A program made the position numbers and the translations under genes. DNA of 64,000 nt from Anaeramoeba ignava BMAN (lineage: Eukaryota > Protista > Anaeramoebae), in NCBI GenBank assembly GCA_028826165.1, contig JAPDFW010000063.1:1116001-1180000 (forward strand), written 5' to 3'. This document shows, in pieces, positions 48,901-59,300 of this stretch (the first letter of the stretch is position 1; every line of letters starts with the position of its first letter). The notes below the pieces were generated by a model. That model was given only the letters and a program-made list of their open reading frames with translations. It was not told where the DNA came from and did no database searches.

Positions 48901-49613
48901 TTCTCCATCGGTTTGTGTTCTCAATGCTCTCTTCTGTAAGAGACACTTGGATCTTTCGCAAGCAATTTATTCTCGAACTTGGTCTTAATTACTGGCTCCG
49001 TTTTTTATTTAGTTCGTGGGAATATGTTCCGAATTACTATTCCTTCGACTCACAAACAGGCCAAGTTGAGCACACAAGAATCAAAATCAAAATTGATGAG
49101 AATCAAGTATTGAGACCTTTAACACAAAATAGTGTCGCTTTTCGGTTGACACCAAATATTACTAATTTCATGACTCAAATTGGGATTTTAGGTTTATTTT
49201 CAACTGTTTTATCCTCAACTTCTCAATGTTTTTCTGAGAAATCGTTTGAATTTCGAAATTACATGAATATTTTGATTCAAGATCAATTAATTTTCATACA
49301 ATTAAACAAAATGCAAAAAATTGTCAAATTACAAAATTTATCAAATTCAAATTCAAATCCAAATCCAAAATCCACTTTTTATTCTTTTGCAAAAAAACAA
49401 ATTTTTCCTTATTTAACATTAACAACTCCAATTTTAGAAAAAGTTGAGAAGAATGTTGAATTGATAATGGAAAGAATTGCATTCTTTGATCCAAGAAAAA
49501 AACAATTTGAAGAAAAAAATCAGAAAAAAAAATCATTGAAAGATTTGATTCAGCAATGCCAATCTTTAGAAAAAATAGCAATGGTGAATCCTGGTTTATT
49601 TCCTTGGTTTTAG
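36945..49613 (+). CDS. TRRAP: TRRAP/Tra1-like PIKK pseudokinase (about 4200 aa) with three +1 frame breaks
   Basis: HEAT region, FAT domain (GMWENAQ, WQERLP..EDLMVW..WR, KNWESWG, KYPQSIYY), kinase-like region (VEIPGQY, IGDDGKLYPF, FRLTPNI) without recognisable catalytic motifs, FATC end NPGLFPWF*. Breaks at about 38711, 38979 and 46023-46060. Confidence 0.88.
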
Positions 49614-49672
49614 GTTTTAGGTTTTAGGTTTTAGGTTTTAGGTTTTAGATTTTAGATTTTAGATTTTAGATT
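49606..49672. repeat. (GGTTTTA)6(GATTTTA)3 heptamer repeat overlapping the TRRAP stop codon
   Basis: Directly visible. Confidence 0.9.
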
Positions 49673-49782
49673 GAGATGAAAATTTTTAATATTTTTAATA
49701 TTTTTATTATGAAGAAGGAATCAAAAGAGAAACAAATTTATTCATTCATTCATTCATTCATTCATTATTTTTCAGAATAACT

Positions 49783-52702
49783 TTAATTTATTCCGTATTT
49801 TTCTTTAAGTGCTTTTAGTTCATCATTTTTCTTTTTAATATCAGATTTTTTGATTGATTTTTTCTTTTGATGATAATGAACAATCAAATATCTTCCTTCA
49901 ACATTAAAACCAGAAAGATGTTCGCATGCATTTTTAGCATCAAAAATATCTTCATATACAACAAAAGCAGTACCCTTAGTTTCTTTTTTATTTCCACTAA
50001 AAGAGTAAAAAAAAAATTTTGTTTAAATTTAAATTAAGATTTAAATAAATTTGGAATGAAAAAGTTTTAATTTTTTATAAATTTTGATATAAATTTTGAT
50101 ATAAATTTTGATATAAATTTTGATATAAATTTTGAAATAAATTTTGAAATAAATTTTGAAATAAATTTTATTATAAATTTTGATATAAATTTTGATATAA
50201 ATTTTGAAATAAATTTTGAAATAAATTTTGATATAAATTTTGAAATAAATTTTGATATAAATTTTGATATAAATTTTGAAATAAATTTTGAAATAAATTT
50301 TGATATAAATTTTGATATAAATTTTGAAATAAATTTTGAAATAAATTTTGATATAAATTTTGAAATAAATTTTGATATAAATTTTGAAATAAATTTTGAA
50401 ATAAATTTTGAAATAAATTTTGATATAAATTTTGAAATAAATTTTGAAATAAATTTTGAAATAAATTTTGATATAAATTTTAAATTTTGAAATAAATTTT
50501 GATATAAATTTTGATATAAATTTTGATATAAATTTTTGAAATAAATTTTGAAATAAATTTTGAAATAAATTTTGATATAAATTTTGAAATAAATTTAATT
50601 ATAAATTTTGAAATAAATTTAATTATAAATTTTGATATAAATTTTGATATAAATTTAATAAATTTGATATAAATTTTGATATAAATTTTTGATATAAATT
50701 TGATAATTGATATAAATTTTGATATAAATTTGAAATAAATTTTGATATAAATTTAATTAATATAAATTTTGATATAAATTTTGAAATAAATTTTGAAATA
50801 AATTTTAATATAAATTTTGATATAAATTTTGAAATAAATTTTGATATAAATTTTGAAATAAATTTTGATATAAATTTTGAAATAAATTTTGAAATAAATT
50901 TTAATATAAATTTTGAAATATAAATTTTTAATATAAATTTTAATATAAATTTTGAAATAAATTTAATATAAATTTTATAAATTTTGAAATAAATTTTGAT
51001 ATAAATTTTGATATAAATTTTGATATAAATTTAATTATAAATTTTGATATAAATTTTGAAATAAATTTTGAAATAAATTTTGAAATAAATTTTGAAATAA
51101 ATTTTGGTATAAATTTTGATATAAATTTGAAAATAAATTTTGATAAAATTTGATTATAAATTTTGAATATAAATTTTAATTATAAATTTTGATATAAATT
51201 TTAATATAAATTTTTGAAATAAATTTGATATAAATTTTGATATAAATTTTGATATAAATTTTTATAAATTTTTATAAATTTTTGATATAAATTTTGATAT
51301 AAATTTTTATAAAAAATAAATTTTTATAAATTTTTAATTATAAATTTTGATATAAATTTTGATATAAATTTTGAAATAAATTTTAATAAATATAATTTTG
51401 AAATAAATTTTGATATAAATTTTGATATAAATTTTGATATAAATTTAAAATAAATTTTGAAATAAATTTTGATATAAATTTTGAAATAATTTTGATATAA
51501 ATTTTTATAAATTTTGATATAAATTTTGATATAAATTTTGATATAAATTTTGATATAAATTTTGAAATAAATTTTAATATAAATTTTGATATAAATTTTG
51601 ATATAAATTTTGAAATAAATTTGATATAAATTTTAATTATAAATTTTGAAATAAATTTTGAAATAAATTTAATTATAAATTTTGATATATAAATTTTGAT
51701 ATAAATTTTAATATAAATTTTGATATAAATTTTGATATAAATTTTGAAATATAAATTTTGATATAAATTTTGAAATAAATTTTGAAATAAATTTTTGATA
51801 TTAATTTTGAAATAAATTTTGAAATAAATTTTGAAATAAATTTTGAAATAAATTTTTAAATTTAATTATAAATTTTGAAATAATTTTAATATAAATTTTG
51901 ATATAAATTTTAATATAAATTTTGATATAAATTTTAATATAAATTTTGATATAAATTTTGATATAAAATTTTGATATAAATTTTGATATAAATTTTGATA
52001 TAAATTTGATATAAATTTAATTATAAATTTTGATATTAATTTAATTATAAATTTTGAAATAAATTTTGATATTAATTTTGAAATAAATTTTGATATTAAT
52101 TTAATTATAAATTTAATTATAAATTTTGATATTAATTTTGAAATAAATTTTGATATTAATTTTGATATTAATTTAATTATAAATTTAATTATAAATTTTG
52201 ATATAAATTTTGAAATAATTTTTGATATTAATTTTGATATTAATTTTGATATAAATTTTGAAATAAATTTTGAAATAAATTTTGAAATAAATTTTAATAT
52301 AAATTTAAAAATAAATTTTGAAATAAATTTTAATATAAATCTTGAAATAAATTTAATTATAAATCTTGAAATAAATTTAATTATAAATTTTAATATAAAT
52401 TTTGATATAAATTTTGAAATAAATTTTGATATAAATTTTGAAATAAATTTTGATATTAATTTAGATATTAATTTAATTATAAATAATTTACACTCTAATT
52501 TGTCGAATTGCACCATAACGTCCAAATAAATCATAAATCTCTTCAGTTGTTAAATTAAAAGGAAGATTACGAATATATAAAATTCTATTTACTTCTGGAG
52601 GAAGTCGAACCTAATTTTATATTTTAATTTTTTTTTAAATTTAATTCAATTAAATTTTTTTTTAAAAAATAAAAAACTTAAACTTACAACTTTATTTGTC
52701 AT
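49783..52702 (-). CDS. SF3B6: U2 snRNP branch-site protein p14 (SF3B6/SF3B14), 3 exons (52702-52688, 52610-52492, 49996-49783), 115 aa (absent from ORF track)
   Basis: Spliced translation [85 protein letters not shown]. Both introns are GT-AG. Confidence 0.96.
50070..52485. repeat. 12-bp repeat (ATAAATTTTGAW)n filling SF3B6 intron 2 (49997-52491)
   Basis: Visible array of about 2.4 kb. Confidence 0.95.
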
Positions 52703-52811
52703 TCCAATAAAAAAATAAAATGAAAAAAAATGAAAAAAATGAAAAGATTTTTTTTTCATTTTTTTTTTTCTTCTTTTTCCAAATTTTTTTATTATTAATT
52801 TATTTATAAAA

Positions 52812-54795
52812 ATGCCAACAAAAAAATCCAAATTAAAATCCAAATCAAAATCGCAAAATAATAATAAAAATAAAAATAAAAATAAAAATAAAAATAAAAA
52901 AGAAAATTCAAAAACAAAAAAATTAACGAAAAAAAATAACAAAGAAATAAAACATAACAAAACACATATAATAAAATGTGTTTGTAAAAAAAATAAAAGT
53001 TCAGGAAAAATGATTGAATGTGAAAAATGTTTAACTTGGCAACATTTTAAATGTGTGAATATAAATCCAAACAACATTCCAAAACATTATTATTGTCCAA
53101 GATGCGAATTTAGAAAAATCAAGTGTGATTGCAATAATGTGTGTTATTTATTTATCAATATTTTCTGAAAAGAAAAGATGAAACTTCTTTTTTCTTAATT
53201 CTTTTTATTTTTCTTTTTTTCTTGAAAAAAAAACAAAAACAAAAATTGATTCATCTTCTTTATTTATTCAAAAAGAATTCTGATTATTCAAAGGATTTAA
53301 TTTTATGTCCAACTTGTGGATTTTATCAACATAAAGAATGTGCAAAAAAAAATTTACCTTCAGATCAAAAAAAATTACCAAAAAATTATATTTGTTCTTT
53401 TTGTCAAAAAAAGCAAAGAGAGAAGATCAATGGAAAAAATTTTTACAAGAAAAATCTAAAGTGAAGGAGTTTAAAAAAAAAGAGAAACAAAAAGAAAAAC
53501 AAAAGGAAAAAAAAAGGAAGGATTTTTCCAATTCATCATTAAATAATGAAAACTCTAATTTAGAACAAATTAAAAAGCAAAAAACAGAAAATGAAAAAAG
53601 TGGAAATTCAACTCCATCTCAAAATGATAATCAACAAAATAATCCAGGAAATTTATTAACACCCAAAATGATGGGGAAGAAATTGTGGAAACAAAATTTA
53701 GAAAATAACGAAGAAAATCAAAATCAAAATGAAAATTCAAATTTAAATTTAAATCAAAATGAAATTCAAAATGAAATTCAAAATCAAAATCAAAATCAAA
53801 ATCAAAATCAAAATCAAAATCAAAATCAAAATCAAAATCAAGAACATAGAACAAGTATAATGTCCAAAATAACGGATGCTCCAAATTATCATATTTTTCA
53901 AAATCAAAATCCATATTTACAATCAAATATAAATCCTCATTTAAGAATTGATTTACAACAATTTCATCCTCAAAATCAATTCAGGGAACACAATTATCAA
54001 GAACACTTAATCCAAAAACCACAAATGATTCACCCAATAAATTATGATCAGACTATTAAATTTGATTATGATCACAAAAATTTAAAAGCATTTGGAAGAT
54101 CATTTTCTGATGATGAAAAATTGATTCCAAACATTCATCCTCAACCAAGAATACCTGTATATTATCACAGAGAAAATCATTCTTCTTTTCGAGAAAATCA
54201 ATTTAATCCACATTCTCATTTCAATTATGATATCCCACAACATATGTATTCGGAGAAACAATATCAATATTCCTATAATGATCATTCAATAGAATATCAA
54301 GAAAAAAATCAAATGAATCCTCAAAATTTTATCCATCATCCACAAAACATCAACCGATTTCCACAAAATTATCAAAAATATTCAAGAAAAATAAACGATC
54401 AAAATTCATACCAATTAAAACATCAAATGCTTTCGCCTTTATCACAAAAAAAAGCATCGCCAATAAATACTTCTCCTCGAACTTATTCTCAAAATTATCA
54501 TCGTTCACATTCACCAGAAGATTATTCACCAAGAGATTATTCACCAAGAGATTATTCACCAAGAGATTATTCACCAAGAAAACATTCACATTCACATTCA
54601 CATTCACATTCACACTCACATTCACATTCACATTCACATAATGAATTTACTGATTCAAATATTTCTCATTCTCATCAAAATTATCATAATTCAATTCCTG
54701 AAATACAAAGATTCCCAAAAGAAACTGCTGATACTCTAGAAATTCAAATTAGAACAAATGTTCAATTTCTTAAATCTTCTGATAAAAAAATTTAA
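52812..54795 (+). CDS. Double PHD-finger protein (Set3/MLL5-type first PHD) with low-complexity tail; one intron (53139-53275) and one frame break at the A7 run 53406-53412
   Basis: IKCVC..GKMIECEKCLTWQHFKCV..IPKHYYCPRC; second PHD IKCDC..LILCPTCGFYQHKEC..YICSFC; continues in ORF 53338..54795 with DYSPR and HS repeats. Confidence 0.75.
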
Positions 54796-54879
54796 ATTTT
54801 TCTTTCCAAAAAAAAAACAAAAAACAAGACAAAGAAATGATTTACTTTTTTATTTCTTTTTTTTCTTACAAAAAAAAAT

Positions 54880-56982
54880 TTATAACATTTTCCTTTTAAG
54901 TTGACAATTAACAGTTGGACTTGTTCGAATATTATTTTGATGTTCAAAATTTTCAAAATTAAGTTCATTTTTATGATCCTCAAAAAAATATTGAATTTGA
55001 GAAGGAGATTTTGTTGTGATAATTTGAGATATTTTTTCCCAATCATTTCCAAATCGAGATATCAAAGAGACGAGTATTTGTTTTTCTTGATGATTCCATA
55101 ATTCCTCGAGTGGTTTTTCTTTTGAAAAATTATCAGATATTGATGATTTGTTATTATCATTTGCAATATCAGGATTTTGTTTATTTGGATTTTGATTTTT
55201 ATCCATTTGAGTTTGATTTTGTAATATTTGGAAAATATTCGATGATTTGAAGTTTTCAAGACTTGGATCTGTTTTTTGATCAAGAAAAAAAGATGGAGAA
55301 AGATTATTAGCATTATTCTTATTAGCATCAATATTAAAATCTATTTTATTTAGGGGTTTTTTGGGGTGATCTAACAAAAAAGTTTTTCGAAGAATTCTTT
55401 GATTGAATTGTTTCATTTTTCTTTGGAATTCGGGATTTTTTTTGTTTATATAATAAAAATGTATTGCATCACTAATTGATTTATCTGGAATATTTCGAGC
55501 AATTTCTTGAAAATTTTTTGGATGTTTTGTCCATCTAAAATTAAAAATCAAAATTAAATTAAAAATCAAAATGTAAATCAAATTTAGTGAAAAAAATTTA
55601 CACAAGAAAAAAGATATTCCTTTCTTCTTCTGTCCACTTTTTAGAAGAATATTGTTTGATATGTTCATCTTTTGGATTTTTTACTAATTGGTTCATGTTG
55701 TTAAATCTTTTGAATTTATAATCAAAAGGTTCGAGATTCATCATTGGAACTGGTGCTGATTTTTTGAGATAATATGATAATGGATGATTATGAGATCTTG
55801 TTTTCAAACTGTTCCTTTTTTTTTTCTATTAGAAGAAAAAAAATTTAAACAAAATTTAAATGTTGATTTGAGCAAATATTAATTTTTGGCAAGAATTACA
55901 ATAGGATTGTCTTTTTCTTTAAATTGAGTTTTTTGAGAAAATTTTTCTTCTTGCTGAAAATATTCAGTCACAATTTCATTTTGAAATATTTGATTGGATA
56001 ATTTTGTTTTGAGAATTTCATGTTGCAAAAAATCATAATTATTTTCAAAAAAATTAACAGTTTTTTGATAAGATCTTAATGTTTTTGGTTCTCCTAAAAT
56101 TTCCTATAATTTTTCATTTACAAAAAAAAATTTATTAAATGAGAATTTACTCTAAATAATTTTTCTTAATTAAAAATCTGATTTGTGAAAATTTACTTTA
56201 GCTCCTTTTTGAAATTTTTGATGATTTTTTTCTTGTTCTTCAACTCTATGATGATTTTCAGAAAAAATTCGAGAAACATTTCCAATTGAACATAAACAAT
56301 TTTTTGGTTTAGTTTGTTGACAAATTTCTTGGACATAATTTAATAATTTTTGAGTTGATGAAATTTGAGAATCAAGTTTTGTGATTGTATTTAGAACTTG
56401 ATTTGCAGTAGGAAGTTGAGGGGAAAAACCTGATTTTTTAATTTCATTTTGATATTGATATTGATTTTGATTTTGATTTTGATTTTGATATTGATTTTGA
56501 TTTTGATATTGATTTTTAATTTCATTTTGATTTTGATATTGATTTTGATTTTGATTTTGATTTAGATTTTGATTTTCAATTTCAATTTGATTTTCATTTT
56601 GATTTTGATTTTCATTTTGATTTTGATTTAGAATTTGATTTTGATTTTCATTTTGAATTTGATATTGATTTTGATTTTGATTTAGATTTTGATTTTGATA
56701 TTCATTTTCATTTTTAATTTGATTTTCATTTTGATTTTGATTTTGATTTTGATATTGATTTTGATTTGGAATTTTTGAATTATTCAATCTTCCTAAATTT
56801 CGAAAATAAAATTCGTTTTCTAATTGTTTAATTGTTTCATTAATTGAGGGATTTTTTAGATTTGTTGAAGTTGAAAAATTTGAAGATTTAGGAAGATGTG
56901 AATTGGAAGAAAATTGAAAAGGATTTATTTTTGATGTAGATTGTCGTCTATTTGGAGGTGGAAGATAAAATAATTGATTCAT
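54880..56982 (-). CDS. NCoR/SMRT/Snt1-like corepressor with two SANT domains, 4 exons (56982-56197, 56103-55900, 55825-55602, 55534-54880)
   Basis: IFSENHHRVEE, APVPMM..FNNMNQLVKNP..WTEEERNIF..HPKNFQEIA..DKSISDAIHFYYINKK (deacetylase-activation SANT), second SANT WNHQEK..FGNDWEKISQIITTKS. Introns are GT-AG and in frame; the exact 3' end is uncertain. Confidence 0.82.
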
Positions 56983-57320
56983 AAAATAAATTTAAAAAAA
57001 AAAAAAAATGAAAATGAAAATGAAAATGAAGAAAGAAATTGAAGAAAAAAAAAATTCACAAAAATGAAAAGAGCTTTTTATTTGTTGTTATTATTTTAAA
57101 AAGAATTAAATTTCTAACAAAATATTTGTTGTTCTCTATTTTTAAATCTAAAATTTTTGAGTGAAATCGTTTCTAAAAAAAAAATATTTTGTTGTTTTTT
57201 TTTGTTATTTTTTTTTAAATTGGAGTAATAAATACTATTTTTGAATCATCTGGAAAAAAATATTTTTTTATTAAATTGTGTTTTTTTTTTCATTTTTTCC
57301 TTTCAAAATAATTAAAGAAA

Positions 57321-59072
57321 ATGAATGATATTTGGTTTTTTGGTGAATTTTTTAGAAGAAAAAAACAAAATCAATACAAAGAAATTTACTTAAAACCAAT
57401 TCAATTTAAATTTAAAAATGAAAATGAAAATGAAAATGAAAAACAAATTAAACAAATTGCAACTTGTTATGATGCAACAATTTTCCTTTTTAAAAATGGA
57501 AAAGCAATAAAATATTTAAGAAATTCTGAAAAAAAACCTGAAAAAATCCCAATCCGAAATATTAAAAAAATTTCTGTAAATAGTTTTGTAATAGGAATAC
57601 TAACTGTAGAAGGGAATGTATTTGTGAGAGGAGAATATATGAATCTACAAAATCCAGATGAATTTATCAATATTTCATCATTAATTGAAGATACAAATGA
57701 TAGAATAATTGAAGATGTTATTTGTGGATTCAGTTCAATTTATTTATTAACTTCAAATGAAAACGTTTATGTTTTTGGTGATATTTTTTTTTTCCAAAAT
57801 TTTTATGATATGGACGAACCAGAAGAAAAACCAATTTTAATGATGAAAAATGTTTCTAAAATGTTTTCAGGAAATTCTTCAAGTTCTGTTTTTTTTTTGA
57901 ATTCAAATCAAGAATTATTTGCATTTGGAAAAAATAACAATCATCAACTTGGATTAGGAAATGCAATATCCACACCAGAAGTCAAAAAACCAACAAAAGT
58001 CCAAAATATTCCAAAAGGTAAAATAATTGATATCAAACCTGGTTTTGAACATTCAATTATGCTGATTGCAAATGATGATGTAAATCCAAAAAGAACACTT
58101 TATTCATGTGGAAATTATAAATTTAATGGAATTGGAGAAAATCAAACAGAGTTTACCAAAGTTGATTTGATATATGATATTGTTGAAATTTCTTGTGGGA
58201 ATTCTCATACTTTGGTTTTTACTTCAAATAAACAATTATTTGGGTTTGGGGAGAATGTAAACAATCAATTATCTAATAGCGAAATTGGTAGATTTTTTAC
58301 TCCTTTTCGAATTGAACTTCCCAAATTAAGGTTTAATGAAGATATTTCTCATTATCATATTTCTTGTGGGCATAATAATTCCTTCTTTTATTATTCTCCT
58401 TTCCTTTCTCCTTTTTCCAATCTTGAAGAAGATTTGATAAAACTATTTGAAAGAAAAGAATTTTGTGATATTTCATTTAAAACCAAAAATGGAGAAATAA
58501 TTGAAGCTCATAAATTAATATTGAAATATAGATTAAATCAAAATCAAAATGAAATTGAAAAACTTAAAGAATTCATTTCAAATAAATCAATTAAAGAATC
58601 AAATCAAATATTTGAAATGATTTATTCAAACAGAATAATAAATCCAAAATTATATTCTGAAATTAAAAAAATTATAAATTCAAATGAAAAAATTGAAGAA
58701 ACAATTAAAAGAATTTATTTAAATGAAAATGAAAATGAAAATGAAAAAGATTTTATAATTGAAAGAAAAGAAAAACAATATAAATTTCCAAAATTAATAT
58801 TAATAATGAGAAGTGAATTATATCGAGGAATGTTTTTATCTGTAACAAATGATACTTCTAATAAAGTTAGAGATTATAGTGAATTAAGTAATAAATCATT
58901 TCAAATAATTGAATATTGGATTTATTCAAATCAAATTAAAAATGAAATTCAAATTACACAAGAAATTATTAATGAATTAGAAAGAGGAATTGATTATTTT
59001 CAATTAAATCAAACAAATCCAAATTTATTTGATTTATTAATTAACAAATTTAATAATCAAAATCAATATTAA
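57321..59072 (+). CDS. RCC1-BTB protein (copy 3, most divergent propeller)
   Basis: Same architecture as copy 1 with a near-identical BTB half. Confidence 0.9.
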   Translation: MNDIWFFGEFFRRKKQNQYKEIYLKPIQFKFKNENENENEKQIKQIATCYDATIFLFKNGKAIKYLRNSEKKPEKIPIRNIKKISVNSFVIGILTVEGNVFVRGEYMNLQNPDEFINISSLIEDTNDRIIEDVICGFSSIYLLTSNENVYVFGDIFFFQNFYDMDEPEEKPILMMKNVSKMFSGNSSSSVFFLNSNQELFAFGKNNNHQLGLGNAISTPEVKKPTKVQNIPKGKIIDIKPGFEHSIMLIANDDVNPKRTLYSCGNYKFNGIGENQTEFTKVDLIYDIVEISCGNSHTLVFTSNKQLFGFGENVNNQLSNSEIGRFFTPFRIELPKLRFNEDISHYHISCGHNNSFFYYSPFLSPFSNLEEDLIKLFERKEFCDISFKTKNGEIIEAHKLILKYRLNQNQNEIEKLKEFISNKSIKESNQIFEMIYSNRIINPKLYSEIKKIINSNEKIEETIKRIYLNENENENEKDFIIERKEKQYKFPKLILIMRSELYRGMFLSVTNDTSNKVRDYSELSNKSFQIIEYWIYSNQIKNEIQITQEIINELERGIDYFQLNQTNPNLFDLLINKFNNQNQY

Positions 59073-59255
59073 AATTAAAATTAAAATTAAAATTAAAATT
59101 AAAATTAAAATTAAAATTAAAATTAAAATTAAAATTAAAATTAAAATTAAAATTAAAATTAAAATTAAAATTAAAATCAAAATTAAAATTAAAATTAAAA
59201 TTAAAATTAAAATTAAAATTAAAATTAAAATTAAAATTAAAATTAAAATTAAATT
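59069..59255. repeat. (AAAATT)n hexamer microsatellite between RCC1-BTB copies 3 and 4
   Basis: Nearly perfect array starting at the stop codon. Confidence 0.95.
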
Positions 59256-59258
59256 CCA

Positions 59259-59300
59259 AAAATCATTTTTTCATTTTTTTCATTTTTTTTCTTTTCAAAA
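59259..59300 (+). promoter_or_regulatory. Putative initiator (Inr) element, repeated TCATTTTT just upstream of the ATG
   Basis: aaaatcattttttcatttttttcattttttttcttttcaaaaATG. The same T-flanked TCA motif precedes most start codons in the window. Confidence 0.6.

Noticed and set aside
36945-49613. Inteins, which are known to be abundant in Anaeramoeba, in the large ORFs
   Set aside because: I could not see Hint-domain or LAGLIDADG motifs or a His-Asn/Cys junction in a plausible insert. An HMM scan would be needed to exclude them.
21933-49613. GNB1L/Asa1 (PIKK assembly factor) and its client TRRAP/Tra1 in the same window
   Set aside because: They are 14 kb apart with eight unrelated genes between, so this is most likely coincidence.
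53406-53412. Programmed frameshift in the PHD gene
   Set aside because: The break lies in an A7 run and needs the opposite shift (-1) to the TRRAP breaks. Bidirectional homopolymer indels point to sequencing error.
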